A stretch of 64,000 nucleotides of DNA from an uncultured Chloroflexia bacterium. Its GTDB lineage: Bacteria > Chloroflexota > Anaerolineae > CG2-30-64-16. The translations under genes and the position numbers were made by a program. Positions within the stretch are counted from its first letter, which is position 1; the number at the start of each line of letters is the position of its first letter. The notes below the pieces were generated by a model, which saw only the letters and a list, made by a program, of their open reading frames with translations, was not told where the DNA came from and ran no database searches. The stretch covers positions 192,001 to 256,000 of the forward strand of contig CAVZDU010000007.1 of NCBI GenBank assembly GCA_963774265.1. Reading direction: 5' to 3'. Positions 39,882 to 49,624 of the stretch are shown in pieces.

Positions 39882-41488
39882 TGACACGCCAACCGCGGCC
39901 CAGTCGGCAACTCGTTGGCCGTGGCAGCGCAGCCTGCAAGTCAGGATCCTGCTGACGTATGGTAGCGTTTTTGTGGTGATCCTGGCCTTGCTGATGTTGG
40001 TGATCGGCCGTGTGGTTTACCAGGCGCAGCTGACGACCGCCGAGAGTGCGCTGGAACTCCAGGCATATCTTGCGGCTAACGCGCTCCAGGATCCACTCAG
40101 CGGGTATGTCAGCGAATTCGATGCTTATGCAGTCTGGGAGCGCGAACATGGGCAGGCCCGCCCGATCCCGCCGGGCGAGGAAGGTTCAGAGGATCACGGG
40201 ACGGCAACTCTTACGCAGGTACCCGCGCGATTGCAGCAGGTGGCCGACACCTATGCCGCGGACACCGATGCCCGGGTCACGATCCTGGATCCCCTCGGCA
40301 GCGTGGTGGCCGATAGTGCGACTGCGTTCGACGCAGTCCCCAACCAGTTGAACCAGGCCGAAGTGCAAGCCGCGTTGAGTGGGCTGGCACAACGTTCGGT
40401 GCGCAACGATCCGGCCACCGGCGCAGCGACCCTCTATGTCGCGGCGCCCATCCACCTGGGTGATCGCCTCCTGGGCATGGTGCAGATGTCACGACCGATG
40501 GAGCGGGTCATCGCACGCACGCGTCCGCTCCTGCTGAGCCTCGCCGCGCTCGGCAGTCTGGCGCTGCTGGTGGCGACCGGGTTGGCAGTTGGGCTGGCGC
40601 GGCGGCTGGTGCAGCCGGTGCGTGCGCTGGAACGCGCCGCGCTCGCTATCGCCAGCGGCGATCTGAGCCAGCGTGTGCCGGCGGACACGGCAGATGAATT
40701 GGGCGCGCTGGCGCGGGCGTTCAACATCATGGTTGGGGCGCTTCATCGCACCCTGGAGCAGCAACGCCTGTTCGTTGCCAACGCCAGCCACGAGCTGCGC
40801 ACCCCTGTGACCAACATCAAGCTGCGCAGTGAGGCATTGTTGGGCCCGGCAGGTCAGCGATCCGACCGTCGCACAGCGCTACCTGTCCGAGATCGACAGT
40901 GAGGCGGACCGGTTAGGCCGCCTCGCCAGCGCATTGCTGGATTTGTCTAGCCTGGACGAGGCCGGTCTGCGGCCCGCACCCTCTCCGGTGGACATTCTGC
41001 CCACGGTGCGCTCGGTGGCCGATGCGATGCAGATGCGTGCGTCACACGCGGGGTTGACACTGGCGACAGACCTTCCGGATCAGCTTCCGCTGCTGAGCGT
41101 CACGCTCGAAGAGGTGGAAGCGATCCTGGTCAACCTGCTGGATAACGCCATCAAGTACACCCCTGCGCCCGGCGAGATTCGCCTCTCCGGCCACGCGAGG
41201 CCAGGGCAATGCCTGCTCTGCGTGCAAGACACCGGGCCGGGCATCCCGCCGGCAGACCAATCGCAGGTCTTCGAGCGTTTCTATCGGGTCGACAAAGCCC
41301 GCAGCCGGAGCGCCAGCCGGCTCGGCGCGGGCAGCGGGGCCGGGTTGGGCCTCTCGATTGTCAAGGCGTTGGTCGAGCAGAACGGCGGGACCATCCGTGT
41401 TGACAGCACGGCCGGTGCGGGCGCGCGGTTCGAGATCGCTTTCCCGGTGGCCGATCGGACGGTGCAGATGGGCCTTGGATTTGAGTGA
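39871..41488 (+). CDS. HAMP sensor histidine kinase, frameshift near 40860
   Basis: Two TM helices, HAMP, ASHELRTP, NLLDNAIKY, DTGPGI, GAGLGLSI. Confidence 0.9.
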
Positions 41489-41638
41489 GACGAACACGCA
41501 GTCCTGCGCCTTCGGATTGAGCGGGCCGGACAGCAGAGGGCTGCCGGCCATGCGATGCGCAACTATTGTATCACCGATGAGCCATCCACGAACGCCGTAT
41601 TTCTATATCTTAGTTTTTCGTCTTGTGACATACGTCAG

Positions 41639-43246
41639 CTATGGCTGCGGCGGCGGGCCACTGCCGGGCGGGATCGTCTCCCCATCGGATACGCGCCGCA
41701 GATCATAGCAGGGGACGAATGAGACGTCGCTCCAGCGGTACCCCTTAGCCTCGAAGGTGGGGATGTCCTTGACCCAGTGCTTCTCCCCGTTCTGCAGCAG
41801 ATAGATGTGGGGGCTTTCATAGCATTTGAGCAGGATGGGGTCCGCTCGTTCATAGACGATTTGCAGAATGCTCTCCGGCAGGCCGGCGACCTCGGCCGGT
41901 TCGCCCCGGAAGAGCCAGGGCACCGCCAGCAGGCCGGCCAGCGTCCAGGCGACATAGAGCACAGCGCCAGTTGCGAAGGTTCGGTGCATGGCCCCCAACC
42001 AACGCGGCCGGCCGGCGCGGGCCTGCCGGATCAACAGCGAGGCCAGGACGGCGATGTTGACCAGGTTCCAACCGATGAAGAGCAGGCGGTTGGGGGTCAG
42101 GCGACCGTTGGCGGTGCGGTAGATGATCGCGGCCAGTGCGTAGAGACTGACCAGCAGGCTGAGGGCAGCCAGGCTGATCACCCCGCGGCGTAGCCAGGTC
42201 TGGCCCTTCTCGTCCAACTCAGCCCCGGGCGCCGGGGTCGCGCCCACCAGCAGGGCGACGACGGCGAAGAGCATCGCGTTGAAGATCAGCAGCACATCGC
42301 GGTTCTCGAACGGCTCACGCCAGTTGAACGGGATGAAGGCCAGATAGATCAGCAGCACCGCCACCGTTAGCGGCAACACCAGGCGCATCAGCAGCGCCAC
42401 CAGCTTACTCAGTCCCTCGTCGAAGGACTGCTGCGCAGGCGCCAACCGGGGATCGTAGACCAGCGCGACGGCTACGATTGCGATTAGCCCTCCGCCGCCC
42501 GCCGCGAAGAGGCGCTGCACGACCATAGGCGGCTGAATGCCCAGCGCGCTGAACAGGCCGAAGGTGATCGCGGTGAACAGCCCGCCGGCGATTGCGAGCA
42601 ATCCAGCCACCACAAAAGCCTCCAACGACTTCACAAGGAAGGCAAAGCGGTTTTCGGGGTCGTCCCGCCGCGCCAGCGCGACGAGCCCGACCCCGGCCCA
42701 GGCCAGCAGCCCCAGGTGCAGCACCATCAAGGTCAGATACTGCTCCTGAAACAGCCGCGGCCAGATGCGGGGGAAGAACAGCAGCACATAGGCCGCAGCC
42801 ACGGCCAGGCCAAGTGCGACCGCGAGCACGCGCCCCAAGAGCCGCTTGCCGGCCAGCGTCAGAAAGAGCGCGATCAGCGCAGCGCTGACGGGCGCGGCGA
42901 GCAGGGCTACGACAGGCAAAAAGCTGTGGCTCTGGCCGGTCAGCGGGTTGATCAACTGGATGGTGAAGCGCTGGTCGTCGGACAGGAGCCAGAGGAGCAG
43001 GCCGTTGAGCACGCCGACGGACAGAGCCCAGCCCCAGGCGACGACGCGGCCCTTGACCCGGGCCGCTGCGGAGGCCAGGCGGTAGTGCCAGGCTGCCAGG
43101 AGTAAATTGTCGCCCGCTTGTGCGTAGCCAACCTCGACCGCCTCTGCGAAGGCGGCCTCGTCCCCGGCCTTGATGGCCTGGCGGTAGGCCAGCTCCAGTC
43201 CCTCAGGATTGTCAGCCAGGTTCTGGATGGTCTCGGGATACGGCAT
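41639..43246 (-). CDS. Multi-pass membrane protein (DUF4153-like) with small soluble C-terminal domain
   Basis: About 11 TM helices; NRDVLLIFNAMLF, LTPNRL; C-terminal IYLLQNGEKHWV..FEAKGYRWSDV. Confidence 0.65.
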   Translation of the reverse strand: MPYPETIQNLADNPEGLELAYRQAIKAGDEAAFAEAVEVGYAQAGDNLLLAAWHYRLASAAARVKGRVVAWGWALSVGVLNGLLLWLLSDDQRFTIQLINPLTGQSHSFLPVVALLAAPVSAALIALFLTLAGKRLLGRVLAVALGLAVAAAYVLLFFPRIWPRLFQEQYLTLMVLHLGLLAWAGVGLVALARRDDPENRFAFLVKSLEAFVVAGLLAIAGGLFTAITFGLFSALGIQPPMVVQRLFAAGGGGLIAIVAVALVYDPRLAPAQQSFDEGLSKLVALLMRLVLPLTVAVLLIYLAFIPFNWREPFENRDVLLIFNAMLFAVVALLVGATPAPGAELDEKGQTWLRRGVISLAALSLLVSLYALAAIIYRTANGRLTPNRLLFIGWNLVNIAVLASLLIRQARAGRPRWLGAMHRTFATGAVLYVAWTLAGLLAVPWLFRGEPAEVAGLPESILQIVYERADPILLKCYESPHIYLLQNGEKHWVKDIPTFEAKGYRWSDVSFVPCYDLRRVSDGETIPPGSGPPPQP

Positions 43247-43384
43247 GATGACTCTCCGCGCGCAAATCGTTGTATGAGATTATGGGCAGCCGCCCGGCAA
43301 GGAAGCGGCCCGCATCTCCATCGTTCCGCACCTTAGTCTATCACAGTTCACCCTGGCGGCGACATCCGCTCCCCGTCAGGCTTA

Positions 43385-43837
43385 TCACGCCCGGATGAAG
43401 CCCAGGCCGATCTTTCCCATCGTGAAGAGGACCACGGCCGCGATCAGCGTGGCGACGAGCTTATCATCCAATGCCAGCCACAACGCGACGACGCCGAACA
43501 CGACGAAGCCGAACATACCCACGATGACCAGCAGCGGGGGCAGGGCCGCGCGCCACTGGCCATCCCGGATCAACTGCTTGACCTCGGCATAGGACATCTC
43601 GACTTCGCGGGTCACCGCGACACCTGTCCCGACGAAGACCGCTTTCTCCTTCTCGGCCAGCGTGACGCCGTCATCATCCTCTTCTTCGTAGTTCTCGCCC
43701 ATGCCGCCCATGATCTCGGCGCCGACGTCACGGCCGCTGCGGCGGGTCGTCTGCCCGCGCGACGTCATCAGCAAGACGAAACCGACGATCAGGAGGAGGA
43801 GACCGACAATTGCGAGGGCGAGGAAAAACGTACCCAT
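43385..43837 (-). CDS. Hypothetical membrane protein
   Basis: GGAGGTG RBS, three hydrophobic helices, acidic loop. Confidence 0.65.
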   Translation of the reverse strand: MGTFFLALAIVGLLLLIVGFVLLMTSRGQTTRRSGRDVGAEIMGGMGENYEEEDDDGVTLAEKEKAVFVGTGVAVTREVEMSYAEVKQLIRDGQWRAALPPLLVIVGMFGFVVFGVVALWLALDDKLVATLIAAVVLFTMGKIGLGFIRA

Positions 43838-43905
43838 GACGCACCTCCATTTTGGGCGGACCAAGTTGACAGAGTCCCCAGCGCTGGACCGGAGGCGCAG
43901 CGGAG

Positions 43906-44076
43906 TTAGGCATCCCTGGGCTGCACCAGGTCCCACTTGTTGCCGTACAGGTCGAAGAACACGACCACCAGGCCGTATCGCTCCGTACGTGACGCCTCCG
44001 CGAACCGCACGCCGTGCGCACGCATGTAGTCGTAGTCGCGGACGACCAGTGTTATCAGAGCAATTGAACGGGCCAC
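43906..44076 (-). pseudogene. VOC/glyoxalase family gene with large in-frame internal deletion (56 aa left)
   Basis: GAGGTG RBS; translation MARSIALITLVVRDYD|YMRAHGVRF..YGLVVVFFDLYGNKWDLVQ has both VOC termini but no middle. Confidence 0.75.
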
Positions 44077-44090
44077 GGCCACCTCAAAGG

Positions 44091-44210
44091 CTAGGGCACG
44101 GCGAGGTCAAACTGGAACTTGCCCGTGAGATTCGAAGCGACGCCGAGCCCACTCTCCTTCGCGCGGACGACGTAATACCACGCGCTTCCGGGCTCCGCGT
44201 ATGGTATCAT
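44091..44210 (-). pseudogene. Orphan 3' remnant of a secreted protein
   Basis: AWYYVVRAKESGLGVASNLTGKFQFDLAVP* resembles the C-terminus of the 56927 protein; no plausible 5' part. Confidence 0.5.
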
Positions 44211-44254
44211 AGAGCTCGCAACACGCAAGTCCACCGGCAGGAAGGGAAGATAAT

Positions 44255-45121
44255 ATGCCGGAACATTGGTCCTTCGATGCCGTTTTCTATCACAAGTACC
44301 CACAGGAGCTGGCGCGGTTCACCCGCAGCCTGCGTCCCGATCTCTGGCTGCTGGGTGAGGTGATCCACGTCGATTATCGCCACTGGGCCAACCAGGAGAC
44401 CCTGGATTCCGTGACCAATTACGAGGGCTACAAGGGCCTCGTTTCCAGCCCGGTTAGCAAAAACGACTTCGAGATCGCGCACACGCTCAACCGGCAGTTC
44501 GGTGAGAGCGGCCTGTATCGTGGGCTGCCGCTCTACAACTTCGTCGACAATCATGATGTCGACCGGGTGTCCAGTATCTTGAAGGATCCGAAGCACCTTT
44601 ACCCGCTGTATGCTCTGCTCTTCACCATGCCGGGCATCCCGTCAGTGTATTACGGCAGTGAGTGGGGACTGGAGGGGAAGCGCACCCTGCAGAGTGACGG
44701 GGCGCTCAGGCCGCAACTGGACCTGGCTCGGCTCCGGCAAACGGCGCCACACGCAAACCTGCCGCGGGCCATTCGGAAGCTGATCCAGATTCGCAAGGCG
44801 TCGCCCGCGTTGCGCCACGGCGACTACCGGCAACTGCACGTGAGTCACGAACAACTGGCTTTTGCGCGGCAGTTTGCAGGGGAGACCGTCATCGTCCTGC
44901 TCAACGCTTCCAGCAATTCAGTGAGATTGGAGCTGCCTGTGGACCTTGCGGATGGGTCTCAGTTGGTCGATCTGTTCAACGGGGGGCAGCGCTATGAGGT
45001 CAGTAAGGGTCGCCTGCGCGTGGACGCGCTGAATCCCTATTGGGCGCATGTGCTCAGCACGACCGCGCCCTCTCTCCCCCGATCGGGGGAGACGTCGATG
45101 GCGTTAAGACAGGAGTTCTGA
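44255..45121 (+). pseudogene. GH13 alpha-amylase/cyclomaltodextrinase with in-frame internal deletion
   Basis: N-terminal DAVFYH.YP joined directly to the pre-GEVIH region. FVDNHD, PGIPSVYYGSEWG and the C-terminal domain are present; the GxRxD nucleophile region is absent. Confidence 0.75.
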
Positions 45122-45122
45122 G

Positions 45123-48021
45123 ATGAGACGAATTCTTCCGATCCTCCTCGTGGTTTTGGTCGTGGCCACGGCGTGTATGCCCCTCCCACCCGAACTCCCG
45201 GTGGCGACATCGCCCGCACCTCCCGCGACAACGTTGTCCACGGCGCCCGTCGATTTGATGGAGCGCTTGCCGCTGGATTCTGCCATTCGAACCGGCAAGC
45301 TCGATAACGGCCTCACCTACTACATCCGCCAGAATGCCGAGCCGGCGAAGCGAGCGGAATTATGGCTCGCGGTGAACGCCGGCTCCGTGATGGAAGATGA
45401 CGACCAGAAGGGCCTGGCGCACTTCCTCGAACACATGCTGTTCAAGGGCACCGCAACGCTTCCCGAGCCAGGCGCTGTTGGATTTCCTCCAGAGCATCGG
45501 CATGAAGTTCGGGCCGGACATCAACGCCTACACATCCTTCGACGAGACGGTCTACACTCTGCAAATCCCGACCGACAAAGAAGCCGACGTCTCGAAGGCG
45601 TTTGATGTGTTGCAGGATTGGGCCGGCGCCGCGACCCTCTCGCCGCAAGATTTCGACAAGGAACGCGGCGTCATCGTCGAAGAATGGCGTTTGCGCGACA
45701 AGACTGCGGCCGGTCGCATGCAGGACAAGATCGTGCCGATGTTGTTGGGCGACTCGCAGTACGCGAAGCGTCTGCCCATCGGCGACATGGAGATCGTACG
45801 CAATGCGCCGGTCGATGCGCTGCGCGAGTTTCTACCAGAAGTGGTATCGCCCTGACCTGATGGCGGTGATCGCCGTCGGCGATTTCGACGTCGACAAGGT
45901 CGAGACGCTGATTCGAGAGCGCTTCTCGAAGCTGCCGAAGGCTGACGCCGAATGCCGCGGCCCGGCCGATCGTTCGACGTGCCGGCCCGCGCCGGCACGA
46001 GTGCGCTCGTCGTCAAAGACCCGGAGAACCCCTATACCGTCGGTGTCGGTCTACCAGTCACGGCCCGCGCGCACGTTGGAGACCGTGGGGGACTATCGCG
46101 ATCTGCTGCTCGACTACCTGGTCAGCATCATGCTCAACCAGCGCTACGCCGAGGTGGCTCAGCAGGCCGACGCGCCATTCCTGCAGGCCGAGCGCCGGCA
46201 ACGACAGCCTGGTGCGCCCGACCGATATCTACGGCCTGTCCGCGGTGGTGCAAGAGGAAAAGGCGTTGGCCGGGCTGGACGCGCTCATGACGGAGTTCGA
46301 GCGTGCCCGGCGACACGGCTTCACCGCGAGCGAGCTCGAGCGGGCCAAGCAGGACATCCTGCGCTTCTACGAGAGCGCCTACAAGGAACACAAGACCAGC
46401 GACAGCAGCGGCTATGCCAACGAGTATGTGGATCTCTTCCTGAAGAAGATCGCCTCGCCGGGGATCGAGCTACGAGTATCCGCTCGTGCAGCGCCTGCTG
46501 CCCGGCATCACGCTCGATGACGCCAACCAGCGGATCGCCAACCTCGTCACTGCCGAACAACCGCGCCATCATCGTCCAGGCGCCCGATAAGGCCGATCTG
46601 AAGCTGCCGGGCGAGGCGGAGCTGACCGCAGTAGTGGATGCCGTCGAGGCGAAGAAGCTCGAGCCGTACACCGACCGGGTCGCGCAAACCAAGCTGATGG
46701 ACCAGAAGCCGGCGCCGGCGGCGATCGTCTACCGAGAAGACGCTCCCCGACCTCGGCGTCACGGAGATCACGCTCGCCAACGGCGTGCGCGTCATCATGA
46801 AACCGACGACTTTCAAGAAGGATGAGGTCGTCTTCTCGGCCACCAGCCCCGGCGGCAATTCGCTGGTCACTGACGCGGATTACCCGGAAGCGGCCATCGC
46901 AGCCTCCTGGATCAACAACAGCGGCGTGGGCGATCTGACCGAAACGGAGCTGACCAAGCTGCTGTCCGGCAAACTCGTCAGCGTGTCCCCCGTGATCGGC
47001 GAGCTGAAGGAGGGCTTCCGCGGGAGCGCGTCGCCGGATGACCTGGAAACCGCGCTCCAGCTCGTGTACCTGTATGCCACGCGCCCGCGCAGCGACGACA
47101 ACAGCTTCCAGGTGCTGCGCGATCAACTCGAGACGAGCCTGAAGAACCGTTCGTTGACGCCGGAAAGCGGCTTTGAGGATGCCCTGAACGAGATCCTGTG
47201 CGGCAAGAGCGTGCGCTGCGGACCGCTGCCGCTCGATCAGGTGGACGCGCTCGACCAGAAGCGAACGTTCGATATCTACCGCGACCGCTTTGCCGATTTC
47301 AGCGACTTCACGTTCACGTTTGTCGGCAACTTCGATGTCGACACCCTGAAGACGCTTGCCCAAACCTATCTCGGCAACCTGCCGTCAACCGGCCGCAAGG
47401 AGACCTGGCGCAATGTCCGCGTGGAGCTGCCGACGACCGTCGTCGAGAAGACGGTCCACAAGGGACTGGATGAGCGCGCCCGCACCCGGATCGTCTTCAC
47501 CGGGCCGATCAGCCCGACGCTGGAAAACGAGGTGGTGCTGGATGTGCTCGAAAACGTGCTGGATATTCGCGTGATCGACGAGCTGCGCCAGACGCTCGGC
47601 GGCACCTACTCGCCGCAGGCCGCCACGCGCTGGGAGATGCTGCCGAAACCGACCTACGACGCCATCATCGACTTCGTGTCCGATCCGAAGCGTGTGGATG
47701 AGCTCACGCAGGCGGTGTTCAGCCTGCTCGAGGACCTCCGGACGAACGGCCCATCGGAAACCGATGTGAACAAGGCCAAAGAACAGGCGCGCCTCGCGCA
47801 CCAGAAGGCGATGGAGGAGAACTCCTTCTGGCTGGCGCAACTTCAGGATCACCTGACGACACCGGGCGACGACGGCAGCGATATCCTGCGGTATGAGAAG
47901 GCGCTGGCTGCGGTGACCGCTCGAAGACATTCAGCAGGCCGCGCAGACATACCTGCCGCGCGACCGCTACGTCAAAGTCGTGCTGTACCCTGAGAAGTTC
48001 GAGGAGAAGAGCAGCAAATAG
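45123..48021 (+). CDS. M16 (insulinase/PqqL-like) zinc protease lipoprotein, multiple frameshifts
   Basis: Lipobox ATAC, LDNGLTYY, GLAHFLEH (HxxEH), NAYTSFDETVY, KERGVIVEE, WYRPD, L.NGVRV. Confidence 0.88.
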
Positions 48022-48041
48022 CCTCCGCCGGAGTGCAAAGA

Positions 48042-48245
48042 TTAGAGAGTATCAGGGGAACGAGAAGACGGAAGAGCGGCCAGTGTTTCGATGATCAGGT
48101 CGGCCGCTGCTGCCAGAGGCAGTTCGCCTGTATTGACGATTAAGTCGTAGAGGGCGGGATCGGCAATATCGGCGTGGTAATAGCGCCTGATGAAATCGAC
48201 CGAGCCGCGATCACTCTCGAGCACCTGCCGCGCGAGCAGCTTCAA
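48042..48245 (-). pseudogene. 3' fragment of cytidylate kinase-like gene (paralog of 9683-10321)
   Basis: DFIRRYY..D..DPALYDLIVNT aligns with DFVSRYF..D..DPTHYDLGINT; N-terminal P-loop missing. Confidence 0.7.
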
Positions 48246-48264
48246 CGGTTATCCCGGCTCGAAC

Positions 48265-48344
48265 CTGGTGGCGTCGCTGGCGGTCCGGATTCGACGCCAC
48301 CAGCCCGACGCCCAACATCATCGCTGGAAGCATCAGCGACGATG
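48265..48344. repeat. Two adjacent inverted repeats
   Basis: CTGGTGGCGTCG-N15-CGACGCCACCAG (48265-48303) and CATCATCGCTG-N7-CAGCGACGATG (48316-48344). Confidence 0.65.
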
Positions 48345-48375
48345 CGCAGCACGGCGCCCTGGCGAAATTGGGGTA

Positions 48376-48425
48376 TTGACAAGCCCCGCCGCACCGTGGT
48401 ATAGTTCTAGTTGTAAGCGCTTACA
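48376..48425 (+). promoter_or_regulatory. sigma70 promoter plus perfect LacI-type operator
   Basis: TTGACA (48376-81), N18, TATAGT (48400-05); palindrome TGTAAGCGCTTACA (48412-25). Confidence 0.85.
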
Positions 48426-48441
48426 CGAAGAAGGTGCTGCG

Positions 48442-49488
48442 GTGCGACGGAATCCGAATCGCCAGGACAGGAACATCACGATCCACGATGTCGCTGCGGC
48501 GGCCAGCACCTCCTACGGCACCGTCTCCCGCGTCATTAACGATGCCCCACATGTCAAAGATGAGACTCGCCAACGGGTGCGCGCGGCCATGGATCGGCTG
48601 GGATACGTCGTCGATCGCAGGGCCCGCAGCCTGGCCGGCGGCCGCTCGCAGGTGCTGGCCGTCCTGGCGCCCGATCTGGGGACAGGCTACATCGGGGAGA
48701 TCATCCGGGGCATCGACGCGGAGGTGGAGCTGGCGCAGTACGAGCTGCTGCTTTACACCACGCATCGCCAGGCCACGAAGGAGTCCTCCCGCGTCGCCAG
48801 CATCGCCTGCGGGATGGCAGACGGGTTGGTGCTGGTCCTCCCGAGCGACCTGCGCGCCATGGTCAACACCCTCCGGCAAATCAAGTTCCCGTTCGTCCTG
48901 GTGGACTACCAGGGTGACGACGACAATGTGCCGGCCGTGTGCGCCACGAACTGGCAGGGCGCCTACAACGCGAGCGAATATCTGATCGCACTCGGACATC
49001 GCCGCATCGGCTTTATCACCGGCGACATGGAAATGGCCGCGGCACGCAACCGCCTGGCGGGTTTTCAAGCCGCGCTGCGCACTCATCACGTGCCCCAGGC
49101 GCCTGAGTTGATTCGCACCGGCCAGTTTCACTATTCGGAGGGGTACGCTGCGGCGCAGGCGCTGCTTGCCCTGGCTGTGCCCCCCACCGCGATCTTTGCC
49201 TCCAACGACGACATGGCCTTTGGCGCCATGGAAGCTCTGCGCGAGCAGGGGGTGCGCGTCCCCGACGACATGTCGGTGGTCGGGTTTGACGGTATTCCGC
49301 AGGCCGCACTCATGCATCCCCCGCTGACCACAGTATCGCAACCCCTCGCCAAGATGGGGCGCGTCGCAACACAGATGCTGCTCGACCAGCTGAGCGATCC
49401 CGAAAAACCGATCCGGCGCATCGAACTGCCCACTGAACTGATCATTCGCGGGTCGTGCCGGCCGCCAGGTTCATCTCGCGACTCGTAG
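48442..49488 (+). CDS. LacI family transcriptional regulator
   Basis: TIHDVAAAASTSYGTVSRVIN HTH; PTAIFASNDDMAFG; PPLTTV. Confidence 0.93.
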   Translation: MRRNPNRQDRNITIHDVAAAASTSYGTVSRVINDAPHVKDETRQRVRAAMDRLGYVVDRRARSLAGGRSQVLAVLAPDLGTGYIGEIIRGIDAEVELAQYELLLYTTHRQATKESSRVASIACGMADGLVLVLPSDLRAMVNTLRQIKFPFVLVDYQGDDDNVPAVCATNWQGAYNASEYLIALGHRRIGFITGDMEMAAARNRLAGFQAALRTHHVPQAPELIRTGQFHYSEGYAAAQALLALAVPPTAIFASNDDMAFGAMEALREQGVRVPDDMSVVGFDGIPQAALMHPPLTTVSQPLAKMGRVATQMLLDQLSDPEKPIRRIELPTELIIRGSCRPPGSSRDS

Positions 49489-49551
49489 CACGGCGCTTTA
49501 TCCAGGGCCCTGTGCAGGCAGGACAGGATTAAGGAGGTCTCTATTCGATTC

Positions 49552-49565
49552 TGTAAACGTTTACA
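49552..49565. promoter_or_regulatory. Second LacI-type operator
   Basis: Perfect palindrome TGTAAACGTTTACA upstream of the SBP gene, 12/14 identical to the 48412 site. Confidence 0.85.
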
Positions 49566-49624
49566 AACATCAGTTATCCAAAGGCATCCGCTAGTCTGAA
49601 CAGCTCTTGATAGGAGGAGCAACT

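Noticed and set aside
48250-48303. tRNA or tRNA fragment (GGTTCGAGCC on minus strand)
   Set aside because: No valid T-stem or cloverleaf can be built around it.
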